A stretch of DNA of 40,000 nt from Candidatus Gracilibacteria bacterium GN02-873 (GTDB taxonomy: Bacteria; Patescibacteriota; Gracilibacteria; BD1-5; UBA2023), in NCBI GenBank assembly GCA_003260345.1, contig MORC01000001.1:485895-525894 (forward strand). The letters run 5' to 3'. Both the position numbers and the translations under genes were made by a program. This document shows positions 30,167 through 39,024 of the stretch, piece by piece. Every line of letters begins with the position of its first letter. The first letter of the stretch is position 1. The notes under the pieces were generated by a model. That model was not told the DNA's origin. It saw nothing but the letters and a program-made list of their open reading frames with translations, and made no database searches.

Positions 30167-30883
30167 TTAGGAAATATTAATAAATTTTTGATTTTTTGAA
30201 AGCATTTTTTCAATTTCTGGATGTCTTTCAAGATACGAAACAAATTGAAGAGCGGACTCATAAGACGGATTGACAATTTTTTGTTGTGGGAAAATCTTTT
30301 CAAAAATATCAATTATATAACTATAATGCGTGCATCCAAGAACAATTGCATCCACTGAAAAATCAATTTTTCCCACCGTTTTTTGAATATATTTTTCTAA
30401 AAAATCACGAGAAATTTTTTTCTGTAAAAATTGTTCAATAAAGCCAGCAAGTTCTGGCAAAGCAATTTCCTGCACTTGAATATTTTCATCAAGCAAATGA
30501 ATTCTTTTTGTGTATACAAGACTATTTACAGACGATTTGGTCGCAAAAATAACGACTTTTTTACAACGCAAGTCAAAAATTTTTTCAGCTCATGGAATTG
30601 TGACACCAAGAATCTTTACTCACAAAATTTTTTCGTTTTTTTGTAAAATTTTTATAGCGTTCGCGGTCGCGGTATTGCATGCTAAAATAATAATTTTTAC
30701 ACCCGCATTTTTTAATTTTAGAACACCTTCTGTTGTGAGTTGTATAATTTCTTGAGAATTTTTGTTGCCGTATGGGCAATTTTTGTAATCTCAAAAATAT
30801 ATGTAATCATATTCTGGAAGCAATTTTTTCACTTCATTATAAAATGTCAAACCGCCACTGCCAGAATCAAAAATTCCTATCAT
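30167..30883 (-). CDS. murI: glutamate racemase
   Basis: The ATG at 30881-83 and track ORF 30167-30571 form one frame across three TGA. The product reads [46 protein letters not shown]. Confidence 0.88.
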
Positions 30884-32808
30884 ACTATTTTTTGTTCAAT
30901 TTCGGCAATAATTTGTATATTTTCCAAAGTACTGGCATCGCCCGAAAATTTCTCACCATTTGCAAGTGTCCTGAGAATTCGGCGAACAATTTTCCCACTG
31001 CGAGTTTTTGGTAATTCAGAAATAATCACAATATTTTTGAGTGCAATGATTGGTCCGATTTCCCTTCTGAGTGATAAATTGATATTTTTGAGCAAATCAG
31101 GCTCATTGATATTTTCACCATTTTTCAACACCACAAAACCAAAAAGTGCTTCTCCAGTCATATTGTCAGGAATTCATACTAATGCACACTCAGCTACCAA
31201 TTCATCTTTTGCAACTATGTCTTCCACTTCAGCAATTCAAATTTTATGCCCTGAAATATTGACTATATCATCAACTCTTCCAGTTATAAAAATATATCAA
31301 TCTTCATCATAAAATCAGCCATCTCCAGAAAAATACAAAGCTTTTTCCTCTCTAAAAATATCTGAAAAATATGTTTTTTCAAATTTTTCATCATCTCACC
31401 AAATTCCGCGAGCCATAGCTGGCCAAGGCTTTGAAATCACGAAAAATCAATTTTCTTCAAGTCCTAATTTTTTTCAATTTTTATCCACTATTTCCCCACA
31501 AACTCCAGGCAAGGGAAATGTTGCAGATCTTTTTTTCATAGGAGTTGCAAATGGAAGAGGAGAAAGAATATGTCACCCAGTTTCTGTTTGCCAATAAGTA
31601 TCAACAATAGAGGCTTTTTTGTTTCCTACTACTTCAAAATACCAATCCCAAGTTTCACCATCAATCGGTTCTCAAACACTTCATAAAACTTTTAGACTTG
31701 AGAGATCAAAATTTTTTGGTAAATTTTCTCAAGTTTTATGTAATAATCTAATCAAAGTTGGTGCTGTATAAAATTTTGAAACTTTGTATTTTTCTATGAT
31801 TTGCCAGATTCTGTCATTTTCTGGAAAAAGTGGATTTCACTCATAAATAAGAGTTGTTCAGCCATTTAAAAGTGGTCCATAAACAGTGTAAGTATGCCCT
31901 GTAATCCAACCAATATCTGCAGTTGAGAAAAAAATATCATCTTTTTGTAAATCAAAAACCCATTTTGTTGTAAGTTTTGACCAAAGAGCATATCAGGCTG
32001 TTGAATGAATAATTCATTTTGGTTTTCCTGTTGAACCGGAAGTATACAAAATAAAGCTTGTATCTTCACTGTCTAGCCTTTCAAAATCACAAATCTCACT
32101 TTGAGAATCTATCAAGTCATTGTAAATAACATCATTTTCAGAAATATTTATTTTTTCAAAATTTCTTTTTACAACAAGCACTTTTTGTACTTTATGATTT
32201 GAATTTTTTAAAGCTTCATCAGCAATATTTTTTAAAAAATAAGGTTTTCACTTTCTAAAAGCTCAATCAGCAGTGATTAAAAAATCTGCTTTTAAATCTT
32301 CTATTCTATCTTTTAAGCTTTCTGCTGAAAAACCTCAAAAAACTACTGAATGTATAGCTCACAAACGTAAACAAGCTAGCATTAAATAAACGCTTTCTAG
32401 TATTTGAGGCATATAAAAAATAACTCTGTTTCATTTTGTAACTCACAAACTTTTTAGTAAATTTGCTGATTTATTTACATTTTTTGATAATTCTTTGTAA
32501 GTTATTTCTTGGCTATCTCATCTTTCTCACTCAAAAATAATCGCAATTTTTTCAGCATTTTCTTCTAGATTTTTATCTACTGCTTCATAACAAATATTTA
32601 GTTTTCAGTTTTTAAACCATTCTACTTTTGGAAAATTTTTATCATCTAAAATTTCAGTAAAATCTTCAAAAAAAGTGAGATTTTCTTTTGCTTGATTTGC
32701 CCAAAAATCCTCATAATTCTCCATAGAATAATCATACAATTTTTGGTATTCTTCAAAACTTTTAAAATATGCATTTTTTGCAAATTCAGCATTTGGGAAT
32801 ATTTTCAT
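30877..32808 (-). CDS. acs: acetyl-CoA synthetase (AMP-forming)
   Basis: I translated codon by codon from ATG 32806-08 to TAG 30877-79, giving 643 aa with 25 in-frame TGA. The sequence is collinear with E. coli Acs: [73 protein letters not shown]. It overlaps the murI start by 7 nt. Confidence 0.92.
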
Positions 32809-32848
32809 AGATTTTTTTAAAAAATATTTTTCATATTATAATTATAAT

Positions 32849-33427
32849 TTATAAAATTAAAATATTTTTTTGAATGATAAATTTTTCTTGGCGCAAAAAT
32901 TTTTCAGTTTCCTTTCGTAGTGGCAGTGTCACGAGAAAACCAAGCACTGCACCCGAAGTATTGAGCATCAAATCATCCACATCAAACAAACGATATGGGC
33001 ATTCGAAAAATCCAAACACGCCTGTTCCCTGCGTTAATTCAAAAAATAATGCGATGAAAAACGAAAAAATCAGTATTTTAAGAAAATTCCAACGAAAAAC
33101 AATGCTTCCCAAAAATCCAAGTGGCGAAATCAGAAGAATGTTAAAAATCACCTGAAAAAGCGCCTTACTGCGTGCTAATCCGACAGAATGTTTGGTTGCA
33201 AAAGCTGAATATCTTCAATAAATTGAAACGGCGTAAACTGTCAATCCAACATCCAGCGCGCTCAGCACAAAAATCTTGTGAAAAATCTGGAAACGGAAAA
33301 AGCACGAGCCCAAGCGCCAACAAAAGAAAAACATAAATAAATAAGTTCCCATTTTTTCAAAAATGGAAATACTTTTCTTTTTCAATAAAAAATGTGAAAT
33401 AACGACCGTAAGAGGGAAAGTGAACAA
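32849..33427 (-). CDS. VanZ-like membrane protein
   Basis: Track ORFs 32849-33151 and 33215-33427 join across the TGA at 33215-17. NILLISPLGFLG, ELTQG, RLFDVDDLMLNTSGAVLGF fit the VanZ pattern (N..lF.PlG ... E..Q ... R..d..D...N..G..lG). The start (TTG 33427 or internal ATG) is uncertain. Confidence 0.65.
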
Positions 33428-33487
33428 AAATAAAAACCCACTCTACCCTATCAGACCGATAAAATATGAAAGATAGGAAAAAATCCT

Positions 33488-33778
33488 TTAAATGATAAAA
33501 TCTTCACCAACCTTGCCATTCTCAATAACAATCCCATCGGCTTCGAGTTTTTGGATTTTTTCGGGCACACCACCAGGCGTCGTATAGCCAGAAATTTTTC
33601 GAGAATGCGCCACAACTTTATAGCACGGATAAATATCTGGATGCTTATTGTGACGCATCGCACTCGCAACCACTCGCGGATGAACTCAAAATTTTTCGGC
33701 AATATTTTTGTACGTGGAAACTTTTCCTTTTGGGATTGTTTGAAGATATTCGAGAATTTGTTGACTGATTTTTGACAT
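33488..33778 (-). CDS. MGMT-family (O6-alkylguanine transferase DNA-binding domain only) protein
   Basis: The ATG at 33776-78 joins track ORF 33488-33673 across one TGA, giving 96 aa. IPKGKVSTYKNIAEKF-G-VHPRVVASAMRHN...YPCYKVV matches the Ogt/Ada C-terminal domain, with PCYK in place of PCHR. Confidence 0.7.
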
Positions 33779-33854
33779 AAAATTTTTCTGGATTATAAAA
33801 ATTTTTTCATTTTTTGCAAAAAATTTGAAAAAATCTATTTAAAAGAAAGGAAAT

Positions 33855-33882
33855 ATAAAAAATAACATCCCAAAAACGGGAT
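33855..33882 (-). terminator. possible terminator of miaB
   Basis: On the minus strand atccc-gttttt-gggat is followed by gttattttttat, directly after the TAA at 33884-86. Confidence 0.35.
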
Positions 33883-33883
33883 T

Positions 33884-35923
33884 TTATTCAACCACTTCAC
33901 CTTTGAGAACCCAACGATCAAGTTCTGTAATTTTTACTTTTACAATATCACCGACAGAAATTTTTTCATCAAATGGAATAAAAATTTCTTTAAAATTTCG
34001 CGTGCGCCCAACAAGCGTTTCGTCCTTTCCTGGTCCAGAAATAAGCACTTCTTCCGTTCGTCCAATCATCAATTTGGCGCGTTTTTGAACACTTTCTTGC
34101 AAAAGTGAGTTGAGAATATTCCAGCGACGCGCCTTTTCTTCATGAGAAATATCATCACCAAATTTGTCCGTTGCAATCGTCCCAGAACGCGAAGAGTATC
34201 GTGCAATATACGCAAAATCAAATTCCAATTCTCGCATCGCGCGAACCGTCGCTTGAAATTGTTCTTCGGTTTCACCAGGAAATCCCACAATAATATCAGT
34301 CGAAATAGAAAAAAGTGGATCTTTGGAACGCAAATATTCCACCTGTTTTTTAAAATCTTCATAAGTATGACGGCGATTCATACGCGCCAAAACCTCATCA
34401 GAACCAGACTGAAGAGCAAAATGCAAATAATGACACATTTTTGAAAGCTCAAAATGTGCATCCAAAATATCGCGCGTCATGTCGTGCGGATTTGAGCTTG
34501 TAAATCGGATTCTATCACCTTTTTCGAGCGTATTCAATTCTTCCAAAAGCATTCTAAATGGTGAATGAGAAAAATTTTCCAAAATTCCCTCAAATTCATC
34601 CCAATTTTTCATAATTTTGAGGCGAGAATTTTCTGAGAAATTTTTGTTGTACGACTGAGAAAAAACAATAGTTTTTGCCTTGGTGTTCGCTAAATATCGT
34701 TCGATATGATGGGGTGCGTCATCGATTACGACATCAAACCCCAACTTGAGAGCAATATCAGATTTATCATCAGAATCCCCAAATTCCTCTGTGTAACAAA
34801 TTTTTTCAAAAAAATCCTTGCCAAAATATTTTTCCAAATATTTTTCTGTTTGATTTTTTAGAGAAAGTGGCCGAGAAGTAACGATATAAAGCGAGTGTCC
34901 GTTATTTTTTAATTTTTGTAAAACCTCGCGACAATGTTCATAAATTTTGAGATTATCATGATTTTCATAAAAATATTCAAACCATGCCTCACGAAGCGTC
35001 GGATCACCATTAAAATCGTGCGTCAAAATATCATCAATCGTGAGATTTTTGTGATGTTTTTGATTGTATCGATCGAGCAATTCTGACTCCCAAGTATGCA
35101 AAATCGTATCATCAATGTCGATTCCAATGCGGAAAATTGGGTTATTCCATTTACTTTTTTCTGCATTCCAATTTTTTCGATCGATAAATTGTTTTCCGTA
35201 ACTATTCACATTTTGCCCAAGAAGCGTGATTTCTTTGGTTCATTTTTCAAAAACATCGCGCGCTTCCGCCACGATATCAGCAATGGGGCGAGAAATTTCA
35301 CGACCGCGAGTATGTGGCACAATACAAAAAGTACAAAAATTATCACATCCCGTCTGAATAATAATATTCGCAGACGCTGGATTTTCTTGCAGTTGTTTTA
35401 CTGCCAAATATTCATTAAATTTAGCATCATTTCCAATTTCTTCGCCAGAAATCAACGACAAAATTTTCGTCAACATCGTGATTTCTTCGATTCGAAAAGT
35501 AAAATCGATTTTTTCTGAACGAATAAAAAGCTCATCATCATAATTAAAAAGCCCACTTTCGTCAGGCAAAAGCGTGATTTTGGTTGTGTTATTTCGAGCA
35601 AATTTTTCATCCAATTTTCCTTCTTCATCAACCAAATATCGACGTGCCAATCAGGATTTTCGAACCATACAACCCGTAATTCCAAAAAGTGGCGTTTTCC
35701 CTGTCTGATTTTTTTTGTGAAATCGATGAATTTCGTTCATAAAGCCAAAAACGCGATCTTCCCCTTTTTGTCGCACACTACAAGTATTCATAATCACGAT
35801 ATCCGCCTTCACTGGATCAATCACCTTTCGCATTCCTGACGAAATCAAGATCATATTGATTTTTTCGCTATCCGCGTAGTTCATCTGACATCCAAAAGTC
35901 TTTATATAAAAGGTTTTAAACAT
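33884..35923 (-). CDS. miaB: tRNA-2-methylthio-N6-dimethylallyladenosine synthase (MiaB-type) with inserted HAD/NT5C-like domain, 679 aa
   Basis: Track ORFs 35651-35923, 35240-35650 and 33884-35209 form one frame across TGA at 35651 and 35240, and the 10 gap codons have no stop. Motifs in order are [54 protein letters not shown], [insert], [34 protein letters not shown] and a TRAM-like end ([10 protein letters not shown]). Confidence 0.85.
34562..35185 (-). other. in-frame ~208-codon insert encoding an NT5C/HAD-type nucleotidase-like module within miaB
   Basis: HAD motif I is IGIDIDDT (DxDxT), motif II is YIVTSRP, and motif III/IV is K...[10 protein letters not shown], followed by the tail VFSQSYN...KNWDEF. 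The order and spacing resemble 5'(3')-deoxyribonucleotidase (YorS/NT5C) proteins. Confidence 0.6.
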
Positions 35924-36147
35924 AAAAATTTATTATTGCTAATTTTTGCATTAGTTATTACAAATTTTTGCAATAACTATAAATAACGATTTCAAGCCAA
36001 AAAAATATTTTTTTTCAAAAATATTTCACTTTTCCAAATCCTCGAAAAAAAGTTTTTCACAAAGATTTTTGCCTACTATATCGGAGAATTAAAATTTTTC
36101 AATTTTTTTTCGTTCAATTATCGTATACGGAAACTCAAAAAAGTAAA

Positions 36148-36175
36148 TTGAAAATATCAAAATATATCATATAAT
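36148..36175 (+). promoter_or_regulatory. sigma70-like promoter upstream of ftsA
   Basis: TTGAAA (36148-53), N16, TATAAT (36170-75), about 115 nt upstream of the ftsA ATG in a 366-bp AT-rich intergenic region. Confidence 0.4.
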
Positions 36176-36289
36176 ACAACTGTGCTTCTAGCTCACAAAT
36201 AGTATACAAAAACAAAAATATCGCATTGGGAAAGTCTTTTCCTAGAATACAATTTTTATACATTTATACAACTAATCAACATATTTATT

Positions 36290-37528
36290 ATGACATCAGG
36301 TGAACAATTTGTAGCAATTGATGTGGGAAGTGCGAAGATAAAAGCGGTAATCGGTGAATGGGATGAAAATAAACAACTTCGAGTTCTTGGTGTGGGCGTT
36401 GCAGAGTCTCGCGGAATTCGAAAAGGAAATATTTTGGATATGGAGGAATTCAAATCCAACCTTGATACTGCCCTCGGAGAAGCTGAAAAAATGACCGGAG
36501 AACAAGTTTCTCATGTTTGTCTCGGGCTTTCTGGTGTGCACATTGAAGTCACACAAAAAACTGGAATCGTCCCAGTTTCTGGATCAGAAGTGACAGAAGA
36601 TGATGTACAACGCGCTCTTGATATGAGCCAAAATGGCGTTGATCTTATGAATCGCAGTGTCCTCAAGGTAATTCCAGAAAGTTTTGGTCTTGATCTAGAA
36701 AATGGCATCAAAAATCCTGTGGGAATGAGCGGAAAAAAACTCGAAGTTCGTTCTCATATTATTTCCATTGGTTCAAATATTCTTGCTAATATCAACAAAG
36801 GTGTATACGATGTTGGTGTTGAGATTATGGACACTTTCCCAAATCTTTTGGCTGTTGGAGAATCGACACTTTCTCGCCGTCAAAAAGAATTGGGTGTGGT
36901 AATTCTTGATATTGGTGCGAGTGCAACTAATATGGCCGTATACGAAGAAGGTGCATTGATTTATGGTGCAGTAATTCCTATCGGTGGCGAACTCGTAACG
37001 AGTGACATTGCTCTTGGGTTGAGAATTTCTATTGATACCGCTGAAAAATTGAAACTCGAATACGGAGATCTTAATTTTGGAGCCAGCGAAAGCGAAGATT
37101 ATGATGAGGATATTGATCTTTCTCAGATTTCAAATATTGACACCATCACGGTTTCACGAAAATTTTTGAACGAAATCATCCGCGCGCGCTATGAGGAAAT
37201 TTTTCATCATGTAGTCATGGAGCTTAAAAAAGTTGGCCGCGACGGAATGCTCCCAGAAGGAAGTATTTTGGTTGGTGGCGGCGCAAAAACTCGTGGACTT
37301 ACCGATCTTGCGCGCAACTACATGCGACTTCCATCCAATATTGGTGTGCCTGAAATGGTAGAATCTATCAGCGGAACTTCCATTAGCGACCCAATTTATA
37401 CTTCTGTGATTGGTACGATGCTTCTCATTCAAAAATATGGATCAAATAAACGTCCGTTCAAAATGAGCTTCAACATCAAGGGCATATTTGCATCGTTCAA
37501 AAATTTCATCAAAAAAATTATTCCGTAG
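36290..37528 (+). CDS. ftsA: cell division protein FtsA
   Basis: Uninterrupted 412-aa ORF with an actin-fold phosphate-1 motif (VAIDVGSAKIKAV), DIGASATNMAVY and VGGGAKTRGL. The C-terminus is an amphipathic helix (IKGIFASFKNFIKKIIP). Confidence 0.9.
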   Translation: MTSGEQFVAIDVGSAKIKAVIGEWDENKQLRVLGVGVAESRGIRKGNILDMEEFKSNLDTALGEAEKMTGEQVSHVCLGLSGVHIEVTQKTGIVPVSGSEVTEDDVQRALDMSQNGVDLMNRSVLKVIPESFGLDLENGIKNPVGMSGKKLEVRSHIISIGSNILANINKGVYDVGVEIMDTFPNLLAVGESTLSRRQKELGVVILDIGASATNMAVYEEGALIYGAVIPIGGELVTSDIALGLRISIDTAEKLKLEYGDLNFGASESEDYDEDIDLSQISNIDTITVSRKFLNEIIRARYEEIFHHVVMELKKVGRDGMLPEGSILVGGGAKTRGLTDLARNYMRLPSNIGVPEMVESISGTSISDPIYTSVIGTMLLIQKYGSNKRPFKMSFNIKGIFASFKNFIKKIIP

Positions 37529-37635
37529 AAAATTTTTTGTAAAATATTTTTATTTTCCGAAATTCGGCAGATAAAAATATTGACTTGAAAAATTTTCATA
37601 TTCATAAATTCTAATTTTTAAAAATCTCTATTTAT

Positions 37636-38952
37636 ATGGCAAATACAGATCGCCTAAAAGAACTTCTCAAAAATAATCTCAATCCTCCGACTCCGCCAGC
37701 TCCAACACATCGAAAACCTTATGGAAGCGGCGTGGAAGTCGATATGGGAAATATTTCTCCAGTTGCAAATATTAAAGTAGTTGGTGTTGGTGGTGCCGGA
37801 AATAACGCCGTGAATCGCATGATTGAATCTGGCGTTGAAGGAATTGAATTTATCGCTATCAATACCGATGCGCAAGCACTTTTTACATCAAAGGCTTCAA
37901 CTCGTATCAATATCGGTCGCGCAACAACCCGCGGACTTGGTGCTGGTGCAAACCCTGATGTTGGTAAAAAAGCAGCAGAAGAATCAAGTGAAGAAATCAA
38001 AAATGCACTCAGCGGCGCAGATATGGTTTTTGTAACTTGTGGATTGGGTGGTGGTACTGGTACTGGTGCTGCTCCTGTAGTTGCTGAAATTGCCAAAAGT
38101 GTTGGTGCTCTTGTAGTTGGTGTGGTAACAAAGCCATTTTCATTTGAAGGGGCTCGTCGTACAGCACAGGCATACGAATGATTCGGACACCTTCGCGACA
38201 AAGTAGATACACTCATCACGATTCCAAATGATCGAATCTTGACGATTATCGACAAAAAAACTCCTCTGACAGAAGCATTCTCTGTAGCGGATGATATCCT
38301 GACAAATGGTGTGCAGGGTGTAGCGGACTTAATTACTCGTCCAGGACTTATCAATGTAGACTTCGCGGATGTTCGTTCTGTGATGGAAAATGCGGGTTCA
38401 GCACTTATGGGTATTGGTTTTGGAAGCGGTGAAAATCGCGCGATTGATGCGGCTCGTGGCGCTATTGAATCTCCACTTTTGGAACTTTCTATTAATGGTG
38501 CAAAGGGACTTCTTCTCAATATCACAGGTGGAAATGATCTTTCTATGTTTGAAGTGGATGAAGCATCTCGTATGATTACAGAATCTTGTGATCCAAATGC
38601 GAATATTATTTTTGGAACTTCGATTGATGATGCCTACACTGGCGAAATTAAAATTACGGTTATCGCGACTGGATTCTCTGAGGAAACTAACGCACAAATT
38701 GCTTCTAATTCTCGCGGTGGATTCGGAAAAAGTCCAATTTTTGGAACACCTCCAGTAGGAAATAAAACTGTTTCTCACACTACAACAGATTCAAATTTCC
38801 GATCTTCTCAGAATACTCAGCAAAATATGGCACGCCCTGCGGCACAACCAAATTCCGCCACTCCACAAGCTCCTGCGGCGCAGCCTACAATGCCAAATCC
38901 TCAGAATGATATGGAAATTCCTGCTTTCCTTCGCAATCGTATGGGTCGATAA
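37636..38952 (+). CDS. ftsZ: cell division GTPase FtsZ
   Basis: Track ORFs 37636-38181 and 38239-38952 join across the TGA at 38179-81. [17 protein letters not shown], the tubulin signature [28 protein letters not shown] and the C-terminal peptide [10 protein letters not shown] are present. The start could alternatively be the internal ATG at 37744. Confidence 0.93.
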
Positions 38953-38978
38953 AATTTCTCCTTCGGGAGATTTTTATT
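38953..38978 (+). terminator. rho-independent terminator of ftsZ
   Basis: tctcc-ttcg-ggaga is followed by tttttatttt. Confidence 0.55.
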
Positions 38979-39024
38979 TTTCAAAATTCTCTCGACTTTT
39001 CAGAAAAATTCATATACTAAAAAT

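Noticed and set aside
29857-30312. The full 151-aa track ORF as the DUF4298 gene.
   Set aside because: Its first 62 codons overlap the 3' end of murI in another frame and look non-coding. The family-like sequence begins near ATG 30124-26.
34562-35185. The miaB insert as an intein or a nested mobile gene.
   Set aside because: There is no Cys/Ser/Thr at the N-junction, no His-Asn plus Cys/Ser/Thr at the C-junction, and no endonuclease motifs. The insert has HAD phosphatase motifs, lacks its own start, stop and promoter, and shares codon style with miaB.
37719-38525. The 268-aa ORF antisense to ftsZ.
   Set aside because: It is a shadow ORF opposite a GC-richer, strongly conserved gene. Its product is low-complexity (P/S/A/T-rich) with no start context, and ftsZ fully explains the region.
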